Source: Escherichia coli
GTDB taxonomy: Bacteria > Pseudomonadota > Gammaproteobacteria > Enterobacterales > Enterobacteriaceae
Assembly (NCBI RefSeq): GCF_044647545.1
Contig: NZ_CP172818.1
Length of the DNA: 64,000 bases
Direction: 5' to 3' (one strand)
Below, in pieces: positions 11,151 to 22,205 of this stretch (the stretch's first letter is position 1; the number at the start of each line of letters is the position of its first letter). The translations under genes and the position numbers were made by a program. Under the pieces are notes generated by a model. That model was not told the origin of the DNA. It saw only the letters and a list, made by a program, of their open reading frames with translations, and did not search any database.

Positions 11151-11369
11151 ATGGCGATGAATACGGTTTTTCTTCATTTATCAGAAGAGGCAATTAAACG
11201 GCTGAACAAGCTTAGGGGCTGGCGTAAGGTTTCACGATCTGCAATTTTACGCGAAGCGGTTGAGCAATATCTGGAGCGGCAGCAATTTCCGGTGCGTAAA
11301 GCAAAGGGTGGCAGGCAAAGGGGGGAGACAGTAGTTGTTGATGATCAGTGTAAGGAGCATAAGGAATGA
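11151..11369 (+). CDS. Small ribbon-helix-helix (CopG-like) protein, 72 aa, yiiE/yiiF family
   Basis: ORF track 11124-11369; trimmed to ATG 11151 to give 72 aa; N-terminal VFLHLSEEAIKRLNKL resembles RHH beta-strand/helix. Confidence 0.55.
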   Translation: MAMNTVFLHLSEEAIKRLNKLRGWRKVSRSAILREAVEQYLERQQFPVRKAKGGRQRGETVVVDDQCKEHKE

Positions 11370-11578
11370 CAAAAAATTTATTATTCTTGAATATAAAAAC
11401 CAGATGCCCTTATTCTGGTATTAATACAAGGCTGTTTTACTTGAACTTATAATAACTGCAACTGTTACATCATATCTGGAAAACGCCTCGCGAAATACGA
11501 GAGTTTGGAATAGCAGGTGTCGTCATACCCTATGAACTGTAATCCGGGCGACCAGCGCCACCCGGAAAACGTCAGAGA

Positions 11579-12508
11579 TTACTCCCCTTCACCCGGAAAC
11601 AGGAACGGGTTGATGGAACTACGGGCATAGCCTTCTTGCTCCATTCGCGCGTCCAGTACCAGAGAGGCGAGGTCATCTGCCACGGCTTCAACTTTCGGTT
11701 CTTTTTCCTGATAAAGAATCTTCAGGTAAGTGCCGCAGTCATCGCAGCTTTCGGCTTTAATCGCGGCCTGTTCGTCATCCAGCGACCAGTAATGCAGTTT
11801 GCCGCTTTGTTCACAGTTGCTGCATTTTACGCGTACTACGTGCCATTCAGTTTCACACAGGTTGCAGTGCAGGTAACGCAGCCCCTGAGTGGTGCCAATT
11901 TGCACCATGCTGGACACCGGCATAGAACCACAAACCGGGCAATATTGACGTTGTTCGCCATATTCCGCACGCGCTTTGCCGGGGATCAGATTGGCCATCT
12001 GCGCCCAGTAGAGCGACAGTGCAGCCCAGATAAACGGCGCTTTATCGCTGCTGACGGACGAGAAATCAGAGGCAAACAGTGCGCTGGCCATATCTTCCAG
12101 CTCCTGAGTCGATGCCTTCTCCAGATTCTCAATCACTGCCAGCGCCGGGCCGCTCATTTCAGGTTTCAGCTCAGCAATCAGCGCCATCAGCAGCTTTTGC
12201 CAGTGCTTATCACGCGGCAGAACGTGAATATCCAGCGGGGGCTTGCCTTGTGCGCTGGCTTCTTTAATGCGCGTGGTCAGATCCATCTCCAGCGGATGGT
12301 CGTACAGCACCACTTCCTGGGCGTGGGCGATAAGCGCAGCAAAGCGCAGGTAATCACCCAGCGGATTATTTTCTGCCAGCTCGCGCAGACGCTCGGCGCG
12401 GCGGTTGTATAAATTCTTGAGCCGAGGGAACAATAACGGCGGAATCATATCCGCCGTACGTTTCTCGCTCGAACCCAGCTCATCTTGCGGGATTATGCGA
12501 ATACTCAT
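11579..12508 (-). CDS. fdhE: Formate dehydrogenase accessory protein FdhE
   Basis: 309 aa ORF with paired CxxC motifs; synteny downstream of fdoI. Confidence 0.9.
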   Translation of the reverse strand: MSIRIIPQDELGSSEKRTADMIPPLLFPRLKNLYNRRAERLRELAENNPLGDYLRFAALIAHAQEVVLYDHPLEMDLTTRIKEASAQGKPPLDIHVLPRDKHWQKLLMALIAELKPEMSGPALAVIENLEKASTQELEDMASALFASDFSSVSSDKAPFIWAALSLYWAQMANLIPGKARAEYGEQRQYCPVCGSMPVSSMVQIGTTQGLRYLHCNLCETEWHVVRVKCSNCEQSGKLHYWSLDDEQAAIKAESCDDCGTYLKILYQEKEPKVEAVADDLASLVLDARMEQEGYARSSINPFLFPGEGE

Positions 12509-13140
12509 TCAGCTTTCTTTTCCGTTGTCTTGCGGACCTCACGGTACCAGCGCGGGTGATGTTTCTTCGCCCAGGCGCTGGTAACCCATCCTTCCACCAT
12601 GGCGGTAATCGTGCCTTTCACCCAAAGGGCGGCGTAGATATGCACCATGATAACCACAATTAACGCCACTGCGGCAAATGAATGCAGCATTAACGCGAAT
12701 CGGATCACCGGGATTGAGAAAGCAGGTGCAAAATAAGGACGCCAGATAATCACGCCGCTCACCAGCAGCAGAACCAGGAAAATAATCGCCGCCCAGAAAA
12801 CGCATTTCTGACCGAAGTTATAACGCCCGGTGTCACCTACTTCCTCGTTGACGACGATCTTACGAATATTCTTCGCCCAAAAGATATCATCCCGATTGAT
12901 TAGGTTGTGATGCCAGTAACGGAAAAACATGATGATGAACGAGGCAAACATAACCACGCCGACAAACGGGTGCAGAATGCGCGCCAGCTGCGGTGTGCCC
13001 ATGATTTGCATCAACCAGTTGAAGGACGGGAACAAAAAGCCCAGCCCGCTCACCGCCGCCAGGATGAAGCAGAAGGCGGTGATCCAGTGGTTGATACGTT
13101 CCGGCGCGGTGTAGCGCACGATGGTGTCACGTCGTTTCAT
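12505..13140 (-). CDS. fdoI: Formate dehydrogenase-O cytochrome b556 subunit
   Basis: 211 aa membrane ORF; 4-nt overlap with fdhE and fdoH. Confidence 0.9.
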
Positions 13141-14039
13141 TTGCGCTCCTCGTCTTTCTCTTCGTGCAGATTATTCTCTTCCTCATCCGCACGGTTCGGA
13201 CCGACACCCACGTAGTGGAAGATACTGGCCGCAAAGGTAGCCGCAAAGCCAACAGCCGCGAGCGGTTTCCAGATGCCTTTCCAGAATTTCACGGTTTCGC
13301 TGATTTCCGGGTTCTCCGGCAAGCCATGATACAGATTTGGCTTGTCAGCATGGTGCAGCACGTACATAACATGTGTACCACCGACGCCTGCCGGGTCGTA
13401 CAAACCCGCATTGTCGTAACCACGGGTTTTCAGCTCCGCCACGCGCTCGCTCGCCAGCGTTTTCATCGACTCTTTCGTACCGAAGTGAATCGCGCCCGTT
13501 GGGCAGGTCTTCACGCAGGCCGGTTCTTGCCCAACCACCACGCGGTCAACGCACAACGTACATTTGTAGACGCGGTTGTCTTCCGGGTTGAGGCGCGGAA
13601 TGTCGAACGGACAGCCCGCAATGCAATAACCGCAGCCGATGCACTGCTCGGACTGGAAGTCGACGATACCGTTGGCATACTGAATAATTGCCCCTTCCGC
13701 CGGGCACGCTTTCAGGCAGCCTGGATCGGAACAGTGCATACAGCCGTCTTTGCGGATCAGCCATTCCAGTTTGTCGTTCTGCTCCACTTCCGAGAATCGC
13801 ATCACCGTCCACGATTTGGCACTTAAATCATTGGGGTTGTCGTACACCCCAATGTTATTGCCGACGGTATCGCGAATGTCGTTCCACTCTGAACACGCCA
13901 CCTGACAGGCTTTACAGCCGATACAGGTGGTAACGTCGATGAGTTTCGCCACTTCTTCCTGGAAGTCCCGCGCCTGAGGCGCGGGGGTCAGACCGTTAGT
14001 CGCGGAACGACGAATGATATCTTGCGATTGATAAGCCAT
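13137..14039 (-). CDS. fdoH: Formate dehydrogenase-O iron-sulfur subunit
   Basis: 300 aa ORF with multiple CxxCxxCxxxCP ferredoxin motifs. Confidence 0.9.
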
Positions 14040-14051
14040 ATGTCGTCTCCG

Positions 14052-17000
14052 TTACACCTTTTCCACATTCACAAGGAAGGACTTAAACTCCGGCGTCTGC
14101 GTGTTCGCATCACCCACGAATGGCGTTAACGTATTGGCAATAAAGCCTTTTTTCGCAACGCCTTCATAGCCCCAGTGAATCGGAATACCGATGGTATCGA
14201 TATCTTTGCCGTTCGCTTTCAGCGTGCGAATACGTTTGGTCACCACCGCTTTGGCTTTGATATAGCCACGGTTGGAGGAGACTTTCACAGTATCGCCCTG
14301 GGCAATGCCAAGTTTATTCGCCAGCGACTCCCCGATTTCCACAAACTGCTCTGGTTGCAAAATCGCATTCAACAGCGCGTGTTTGGTCCAGTAGTGGAAG
14401 TGCTCGGTCAGACGATAGGTGGTTCCGACATACGGGAACTTATCGGCTTTACCCAATGCTTCGGCGTCGTCTTTAAAGATACGCGCAGCCGGGTTCGAGA
14501 TAACGTTTGGATGCAGCGGGTTAGTTCCCAGCGGCGTTTCAAACGGCTCGTAGTGTTCCGGGAACGGACCTTCCGCCATCTTATCGAGGGCAAACAGACG
14601 TCCCATGCCTTCCTGCTGCATGATAAACGGCCCTACGCCGCTGCCCGGAGGCGCTGCGCTGTAGTCCGGAATATCCCAGCCGGTCCACTTAGTGCCGTCC
14701 CATTTCAGCAACTGACGCTTCGGATCCCATGGGTTACCCTGCGGATCTGCGGAGGCGCGGTTATACAGAATGCGGCGGTTAAGCGGCCATGCCCATGCCC
14801 AGCCCAGCGTGTTACCGAGGCCAGACGGATCGGCGTTATCACGACGCGCCATCTGGTTACCTTCTGGCGTCCAGCTACCGGCGAAAATCCAGCAGCCACA
14901 GGAGGTCGTACCGTCATCGCGCAGTTGGGCGAACGAGCTAAGTTGTTGGCCTTTCTTGACGATAACCGCACCGGTTGCCGGATCGGTAATATCGGCCAGC
15001 GCCTTACCGTTGCTCTCCATCGCCACTTCTTCCGACTTCGGCTCATGCGGAATGGCGTAGTTCCAGGTCATATTCAGCACCTGGTCCGGGTTTGCGCCAC
15101 CCTGTTCGGCATACATCTTGCGCAAGCGCAGGAAGATACCGGAGAGGATCTCGCCATCAGTCAGCGCAATCCCTGGGGCGTCCGCACCTTTCCAGTGCCA
15201 CTGTAACCAGCGACCGGAGTTAACGATTGAACCGTTCTCTTCTGCGAAGCAAGTCGATGGCAGACGGAACACTTCGGTCTGGATCTTCGACGAGTCAACT
15301 TCGTTCAGCTCACCGTGGTTCTGCCAGAAGTTAGAGGTTTCAGTGTTCAGCGGGTCGATGGTGACGAGGAACTTCAGTTTCGACAGACAGCCGATCACTT
15401 TGTTTTTGTTCGGGAATGAGGCAACAGGGTTAAAGCCCTGGCAGATATAGCCATTGACCTTGCCCTCTTTCATCATCTCGAAGTATTGCAGGACGTCGTA
15501 GCCTTTATCCCACTTCGGCAACCAGTCAAAGCCCCAGTTATTTTCCGCCGTCGCTTTATCACCAAAGAAGGCCTTCATCATGGAGACGAAGAATTTCGGG
15601 TAATTGCCCCAGTAGTTAACCTGGCCTTCCAGCAGTGGTTTCGGCGTGTTGGCGGTAAGGTAAGTTTGCAGATCGGTCTGCTTCTCGCTTGGCAACGTCA
15701 TGTAACCTGGCAGACTCTGCGACAGCAGCCCCAGGTCGGTCAGCCCCTGAATATTGGAGTGACCGCGCAGGGCGTTAACGCCGCCGCCAGCCATCCCCAT
15801 ATTGCCGAGCAGCAGCTGGATCATCGCCATCGTACGAATGTTTTGCGCACCAATGGAGTGTTGCGTCCAGCCGAGGGCGTAGAGGAACGACGCTGTTTTA
15901 TCGTGAGCACTGGTTTCGGCGATGTATTCGCAGACTTTCAGGAACGCGTCTTTTGGCGTACCGCAGATGTTTTCAACCACATCTGGCGTATAACGGGAAA
16001 CGTGCTGTTTCAGCAAGTTCCACACGCAACGTGGATGTTGCAGCGTGGTATCGCGTTTGGCGAAGCCGTTTTCGTCCAGTTCGTAAGTCCAGGAGGATTT
16101 ATCGTACTTGCGTTTTTCCGCGTCGTAGCCGGTGAACAGGCCATCTTCAAAGCCGTAATCCTCACGCACGATCAGGCTGGCGTTGGTATAGGCTTCGGTG
16201 TATTCGCGGTTGAATTTTTCATTGTTCAGCAGGTACAGCAATACGCCTGACAGGAAAGCAATGTCAGTCCCGGAACGAATAGGGGCATAGTAGTCAGCCA
16301 CCGCCGCCGTACGTGTAAAGCGAGGATCGATCACAATCAGCTTCGCGCCGTTGTGAATTTTGGCTTCCATCGCCCAGCGGAACCCGACCGGGTGAGCTTC
16401 AGCGGCGTTACCGCCCATCACCACGACGAGGTTGGCATTCTTGATGTCGACCCAGTGGTTGGTCATCGCACCGCGACCAAATGTTGGAGCAAGACTTGCT
16501 ACCGTTGGTCCGTGTCAGACACGCGCCTGGTTGTCGACCGCGAGCATACCCAGCGCGCGGGAGAATTTTTGCGTTAAATAGCCGGTTTCGTTACTCGACG
16601 CGGAAGCACACAGCATCCCGGTGGAGAGCCAGCGGTTAACAGTCACGCCTTCGGCGTTTTGCGCAATGTAGTTCGCATCGCGGTCTTCTTTCATCAGTTT
16701 GGCGATGCGATCAAACGCCTCTTCCCAACTGATTTGTTGCCATTTATCAGAACCTGGCGCACGGTATTCCGGAAACTTCAGGCGGCTTTCGGAGTGGATG
16801 AAATCCACCAGGCCAGCGCCTTTCGGACAAAGTGCTCCGCGGTTGACCGGGTGATCCGGGTCACCTTCGATATGGAAGATAGATGCTTTGGCGTTTTTTG
16901 CTCCGTCACCGAGGCTGTACATCAACAGCCCACAGCCTACGGAACAATAGGTGCAGGTATTACGGGTTTCGCGGGTGCGCAGCAGTTTATACTGCCGGGT

Positions 17001-17102
17001 TTCCGCGAGTGCTACGCTGGGTGCAAAACCCAGTGCCGCTGCCGTGGTGCCTGCCATACCGCCAGCGCAGATCTTAAAGAACTGCCTTCTGCTGACCTGC
17101 AT
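14052..17102 (-). CDS. fdoG: Formate dehydrogenase-O catalytic subunit, selenocysteine-containing (in-frame UGA at 16515-16517), Tat signal
   Basis: ORFs 16515-17102 and 14052-16466 are in the same frame separated only by TGA; context ARV-U-HGPTVA; N-terminal RRQFFK twin-arginine motif; total 1016 aa. Confidence 0.9.
16470..16514 (-). promoter_or_regulatory. Putative SECIS stem-loop immediately 3' of the fdoG UGA
   Basis: mRNA CACGGACCAACGGUAGCAAGUCUUGCUCC follows UGA and contains the inverted repeat AGCAAG/CUUGCU; position expected for bacterial SECIS. Confidence 0.45.
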
Positions 17103-17295
17103 GGATTGCTCCTTGTTTCGACATTGTCACGTCCCATTTACATTCGCTTGCTGCGTGTGCAGGGAGTGGGAGTTATTTTTCTTTGCGGAAGGGGCCGCAA
17201 AGGTCCAGAATTGGCTCAATTTCCCTCCATCCAGGAAGGGTTTGTAACAGAATACCATAATGTTGGTGTGTGTGTTCTTATCTGGTTAAGAGAAA

Positions 17296-18129
17296 GTGAA
17301 AAAAACACAGCAAAAAGAAATCGAAAATGTGACAAGTGTCACAGGTGTTCGTCAAATTGAGTTATGGCGGCGTGATGATTTACAACACCCACGGTTAGAT
17401 GAGGTGGCGGAAGAGGTTCCCGTTGCGCTGGTCTACAACGGCATTTCGCATGTAGTGATGATGGCGTCACCCAAAGACCTTGAGTACTTTGCGCTCGGTT
17501 TTTCGCTTTCCGAGGGGATTATCGAAAGTCCGCGCGATATCTTCGGTATGGATGTCGTTCCTTCCTGTAATGGTCTGGAAGTGCAAATTGAGCTTTCCAG
17601 CCGCCGCTTTATGGGGTTGAAGGAGCGTCGCCGGGCACTGGCGGGACGTACGGGATGTGGCGTGTGCGGCGTGGAGCAACTTAATGACATCGGAAAACCG
17701 GTGCAGCCGCTACCGTTCACCCAGACGTTTGATCTCAACAAACTGGATGATGCATTACGTCATCTCAATGATTTTCAGCCAGTGGGGCAACTGACCGGTT
17801 GTACTCACGCCGCCGCCTGGATGTTGCCATCTGGCGAACTGGTCGGCGGGCATGAAGACGTGGGTCGCCATGTGGCGCTGGACAAACTGTTAGGCCGCCG
17901 GTCACAAGAAGGGGAAAGCTGGCAGCAAGGTGCGGTGCTGGTTTCCAGCCGTGCCAGTTATGAAATGGTGCAAAAGTCAGCGATGTGTGGCGTAGAGATT
18001 TTGTTTGCGGTGTCTGCCGCGACCACGCTTGCCGTAGAAGTGGCTGAGCGCTGTAATCTGACACTGGTAGGTTTTTGTAAACCGGGTCGGGCAACGGTTT
18101 ATACCCATCCGCAGCGTTTGAGCAATTAA
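17296..18129 (+). CDS. fdhD: Formate dehydrogenase sulfurtransferase FdhD
   Basis: 277 aa ORF divergent from fdoG. Confidence 0.9.
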   Translation: MKKTQQKEIENVTSVTGVRQIELWRRDDLQHPRLDEVAEEVPVALVYNGISHVVMMASPKDLEYFALGFSLSEGIIESPRDIFGMDVVPSCNGLEVQIELSSRRFMGLKERRRALAGRTGCGVCGVEQLNDIGKPVQPLPFTQTFDLNKLDDALRHLNDFQPVGQLTGCTHAAAWMLPSGELVGGHEDVGRHVALDKLLGRRSQEGESWQQGAVLVSSRASYEMVQKSAMCGVEILFAVSAATTLAVEVAERCNLTLVGFCKPGRATVYTHPQRLSN

Positions 18130-18136
18130 TTAAAAT

Positions 18137-18180
18137 AAGTCCTGCGAGATATATTAAATTGCAGGACTTATTCATTTCGT
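18137..18180 (+). terminator. Rho-independent terminator after fdhD
   Basis: Inverted repeat AAGTCCTGC...GCAGGACTT followed by T-rich run. Confidence 0.5.
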
Positions 18181-18281
18181 GAATTTTATTATTTTATTTA
18201 TAAACAAAACGCGTGTAGTGGCGTTTTCTTTTTTCATTTATTATGTTCACTCTCTTATCTATATATTTATAAGGCAATTAA

Positions 18282-19337
18282 ATGAAAAGGAATTTATTAT
18301 CTTCCGCTATTATAGTCGCCATCATGGCCCTCGGTCTCACGGGTTGTGATGATAAAAAAGCCGAAACAGAAACGCCCCCGCCTGCCAATAGTCAACCTGC
18401 CGCACCAGCTCCTGAAGCGAAACCTGCTGAAGCTCCCGTTGCAAAAGCAGAAGTTAAACCTGAAACGCCTGCCCAACCGGTGGTCGATGAACAAGCGGTT
18501 TTCGACGAAAAAATGGATGTCTATATCAAGTGCTACAACAAGTTACAGATCCCGGTACAGCGCAGTCTGGCGCGTTATGCTGACTGGCTGAAAGATTTTA
18601 AACAGGGGCCTACCGGTAAAGAGAGTACTGTTTATGGCATCTACGGCATTAGTGAATCCAGCCTCGCTGAGTGTGAAAAAGGCGTAAAAAGTGCTGTGGC
18701 GTTAACGCCTGCGCTGCAACCTATTGATGGCGTAGCGGTGAGTTATATCGATGCTGCCGTGGCGTTGGGTAATACCATTAACGAAATGGATAAATATTAC
18801 ACCCAGGAAAATTATAAAGACGATGCGTTTGCGAAAGGGAAAACGCTGCACCAGACATTCTTAAAAAATCTGGAAGCCTTTGAACCTGTAGCCGAATCTT
18901 ATCATGCGGCGATCCAGGAAATTAATGATAAGCGTCAGCTTGCGGAACTGAAAAATATTGAAGAAAGAGAAGGGAAAACATTCCACTACTATTCTCTGGC
19001 AGTCATGATTTCAGCGAAACAAATTAATAACCTGATATCGCAAGAGAAGTTTGATGTTGATGCGGCAATGAAGAAAGTGTCTGAACTGGAAACGCTGGTG
19101 GCGCAGGCCAAAGAAGCGGATAAAGGCGGCATGAATTTCTCGTTTATTAATTCGGCAGGCCAGTATCAACTCGAGGCTAAAAAATACGTTCGCCGCATCA
19201 GAGATAAAGTCCCGTACTCTGACTGGGATAAAGAGCAACTTCAGGACGCAAACTCAAGCTGGATGGTCGAAGACTCTTTCCCGAGAGCATTACGCGAGTA
19301 CAACGAAATGGTCGATGATTATAATCGCCTGCGTTAA
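18282..19337 (+). CDS. yiiG: Lipoprotein of unknown function (signal peptide with LTGC lipobox)
   Basis: 351 aa ORF; N-terminal MKRNLLSSAIIVAIMALGLTGC; synteny. Confidence 0.8.
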   Translation: MKRNLLSSAIIVAIMALGLTGCDDKKAETETPPPANSQPAAPAPEAKPAEAPVAKAEVKPETPAQPVVDEQAVFDEKMDVYIKCYNKLQIPVQRSLARYADWLKDFKQGPTGKESTVYGIYGISESSLAECEKGVKSAVALTPALQPIDGVAVSYIDAAVALGNTINEMDKYYTQENYKDDAFAKGKTLHQTFLKNLEAFEPVAESYHAAIQEINDKRQLAELKNIEEREGKTFHYYSLAVMISAKQINNLISQEKFDVDAAMKKVSELETLVAQAKEADKGGMNFSFINSAGQYQLEAKKYVRRIRDKVPYSDWDKEQLQDANSSWMVEDSFPRALREYNEMVDDYNRLR

Positions 19338-19358
19338 ACGTTTTTGATGATAAATGCA

Positions 19359-19383
19359 GTGTCGGATGCGGCGCATCCGACAC
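19359..19383. terminator. Bidirectional hairpin terminator between yiiG and frvR
   Basis: Perfect inverted repeat GTGTCGGATGCG/CGCATCCGACAC between convergent genes. Confidence 0.5.
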
Positions 19384-19386
19384 AGT

Positions 19387-21135
19387 TCACCCCTTGTGAA
19401 GTAACTCCATAAATGCCTCATATCCTGTTAACCCGGCAATAACCTCTGCCGGATGCTGACACAATACGCTTGCCAGATAGCTAAATATTTTTAGCTCATG
19501 ACGCGCATCGGCGGCGGCGCAGGCGATCAAAACATGGTTAATGACTTCGTTATTCACCTCAACTGATTGGGCGAGGGTAATAAAAAATCCACGAAAACGT
19601 CGCTCCTGTTCGCTCCAGCAATGTGGGATGGCGAGGCGATTAACAATCAGGTTTTCACCTTCGCCTTCGCGGGCGATGATCCGTTGCGCTTCATCGGCGG
19701 TAATATGGTGTTGTGCGACTAATTGAGCACAAATTTGCCGGGTAATATGTTGCCAGCTTTCACCGCGTACATTCGAATAATGAAAACTTCCGGGGGCAGA
19801 GAAAAAACGCTCCGGTTGCCGGCGAATAAACGCCGTCGCCAGAAAATGTTTTATTTGTTCGATACCGGCGGCAGTAATAATGTTTTTTACGGTGATGCAA
19901 TTATTGACCGCATCATCCAGTAAATAATGGCTGTTATTAATGATCAATAACGGCTCAATCTCTTCGCGAATGGCAACCAGTTCGCTTACGCTGCGGGCAA
20001 TAATCACCCGACAATTCAGGACATCGCGCTCAATGGCGAGCTGATTAATAGTAGCAATCGCGTTCTGATCAGAGAGCAAAATGATCGGCTGGCGTTCGTT
20101 TTGATGCCGTTCCAGCGCACAGGCAAAATACAAACCAATCAGATCGCTGTCGAAAAGGGGAATATCGAGTTGTTCACGCAGTAGCGTAATAAAGTGCAGA
20201 CTCATATCAAAGGCCGCAGGCCAGGCGGCTTTCAGGTTATTCATGCTGCTTTGGCGGTGCTCGGCAATCCACACCGGTGCGGCAAGGCAACGTAATAAAT
20301 GCCCGGTAATATTCTCAACCAACTGCGTATCAATAATATTCAATGACGCGATGCCTGGCACCCTTTGCAGCAACCCCAGCACATGATCGGCAGAAATTAC
20401 CTGCGCTTGCTGATGCTGTTTCTCTATCAAACCTGTCAGGGTTCTTACAGCGTTATCACCAAGAAACAGGCCGCTCTGTTCAACGATTTGTTTTATCTCG
20501 TCACCGGGATATTGCGGCCACTCATCGGTCAGTTGATTACGCAGGGCGTAAATCGCCAGAATCAGGCTTGAGAGATAGTCGCCTTGCATCAGCGGCCAGC
20601 GACGTTGCTTTTCGCAGGCGGTGGTTAATTGTTGAAAATTGTCTCGTGTTACGCCCGACAGCGGAATTAAAAACGGATCTTTGCGTAAAAGATTCGCCAG
20701 CAAAATAATGCGTTTCTCTTCTGTCTCATCAATGAAATGGCCCAAACCAGGGCGACTAGCGAGACAAAAACCGCGTTCATAGCGCTGTTTCAGGCGGGGC
20801 AGGCGCTCTGCTACCCACGTTTCTGGCAAATTAAGCGCCGAGGCGAGTTGCGCACGGGGAGTGAAGGTATTCAGTAATAACAGCGCCAGCAGCCGATCGT
20901 CGTTATCGTGCTTTTGCAGCAACTGAAAAAAGCTGCGGCGCTCGAAGATTTCCAGCTGATAGCCCGCGTTGCCACTGGCGGAAATGCGGGCTTTGCCGTT
21001 AAGGGTAAAGTTGAGATAGTCAATATCACGCAGGATGGTCCTGCCGGAAACGCCAGTCTGTTGCGCCAGCTCGCCAGGCGTGCGTGGCTGTTGCTTCAGC
21101 AGATCGACAATCTTTAACTGGCGTTCGTTTAGCAT
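19387..21135 (-). CDS. frvR: Frv operon transcriptional regulator (HTH plus PTS regulation domains)
   Basis: 582 aa ORF; synteny with frvXBA. Confidence 0.85.
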   Translation of the reverse strand: MLNERQLKIVDLLKQQPRTPGELAQQTGVSGRTILRDIDYLNFTLNGKARISASGNAGYQLEIFERRSFFQLLQKHDNDDRLLALLLLNTFTPRAQLASALNLPETWVAERLPRLKQRYERGFCLASRPGLGHFIDETEEKRIILLANLLRKDPFLIPLSGVTRDNFQQLTTACEKQRRWPLMQGDYLSSLILAIYALRNQLTDEWPQYPGDEIKQIVEQSGLFLGDNAVRTLTGLIEKQHQQAQVISADHVLGLLQRVPGIASLNIIDTQLVENITGHLLRCLAAPVWIAEHRQSSMNNLKAAWPAAFDMSLHFITLLREQLDIPLFDSDLIGLYFACALERHQNERQPIILLSDQNAIATINQLAIERDVLNCRVIIARSVSELVAIREEIEPLLIINNSHYLLDDAVNNCITVKNIITAAGIEQIKHFLATAFIRRQPERFFSAPGSFHYSNVRGESWQHITRQICAQLVAQHHITADEAQRIIAREGEGENLIVNRLAIPHCWSEQERRFRGFFITLAQSVEVNNEVINHVLIACAAADARHELKIFSYLASVLCQHPAEVIAGLTGYEAFMELLHKG

Positions 21136-22205
21136 TAATCCACCTGACGGAACTGGCTAAACGCGTTGACTTTCTCCGCGGTTAAGGTGGTCAGAAAATC
21201 CCTTATCAACGTGAGCAGAGCATCGTAATCGGCTTTTGAAATCATACCGCTATTGGCGTGCAGATAACGCGTTGGCAGACACAGCGCGACAACTGGACGC
21301 CCGCCGCCCATCACGTTGTAGCGCCCGCCATCCGTCGCTCCGGTTTTCATGGTGGAAAATTGCAGCGGTAAATCGTTATGTGCGGCACAGCTTTTTAACG
21401 CCGCCACCAGTTTCTGGTTGGGGAAGTAGCGCTTGTCAAACAGCATCAGCCCCGGCCCCTGGCCCAGTTTCAGCGGGTATTTTATGTTATCAATGCCCGG
21501 AACATCGCCCGCTACGGCGGTATCCAACACGATCACGACGTCCGGTTTAATGTGTTCCGCCGAGGTTTGTGCCCCGCGTAGCCCAACTTCTTCTTCCACG
21601 CTGCCGACGCCATACAGCGTAATTTCGGGGTTATTTACTGTCTGTAGTAGCTCAGCCATCATCGCGCAGCCGATGCGGTTATCCAGCGCCTTGCCGACCA
21701 CTTTATCTTCGCCCCAGCAGGCAAAATTGGCTTCCGGGCTAATAAAATCGCCAATTTCCACGCCGCGCTTTTCCACCTCTTCGCGACTGTTCGCGCCAAT
21801 ATCAATGAACATCTCATCAAATGACAGCGGTTGTTGCTTTTGCTTTTCGGTTAACGCATGAGGCGCGACGGAACCAATCACACCAGGGATTTTCACTCCC
21901 TTGTGTGTGCGTATGGTTACCCGGTGGTTGAGCATCGACTGATTCCACCAGCCACCAATGGTGGTGAAACGCAAAAAACCGCTCTCGTCGATGTGGGTGA
22001 CCATAAAGCCGACTTCATCCATATGCCCGACAACGGCAACTTTTGGCCCTTTATTCCCCTTACGGGCAACAAAGCTGCCCAGACCATCAAAGGTGATCTC
22101 ATTAACGCAAGGTTCCAGCGTGTTTATCAGAATGTCGCGAACTTCCTGTTCATCGCCGCTGACGGCGCTGGCTTCGCACAACTGTTGCAGTAACTCAATG
22201 TTCAT
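21135..22205 (-). CDS. frvX: M42-family aminopeptidase/endoglucanase-like protein
   Basis: ORF track 21135-22211 (TTG); trimmed to ATG 22205 giving 356 aa. Confidence 0.85.
   Translation of the reverse strand: MNIELLQQLCEASAVSGDEQEVRDILINTLEPCVNEITFDGLGSFVARKGNKGPKVAVVGHMDEVGFMVTHIDESGFLRFTTIGGWWNQSMLNHRVTIRTHKGVKIPGVIGSVAPHALTEKQKQQPLSFDEMFIDIGANSREEVEKRGVEIGDFISPEANFACWGEDKVVGKALDNRIGCAMMAELLQTVNNPEITLYGVGSVEEEVGLRGAQTSAEHIKPDVVIVLDTAVAGDVPGIDNIKYPLKLGQGPGLMLFDKRYFPNQKLVAALKSCAAHNDLPLQFSTMKTGATDGGRYNVMGGGRPVVALCLPTRYLHANSGMISKADYDALLTLIRDFLTTLTAEKVNAFSQFRQVD

Noticed and set aside
16466-16517. Apparent premature stop splitting fdoG into two ORFs (possible pseudogene)
   Set aside because: The stop is TGA in the conserved selenocysteine context of formate dehydrogenase catalytic subunits, with both parts in one frame.
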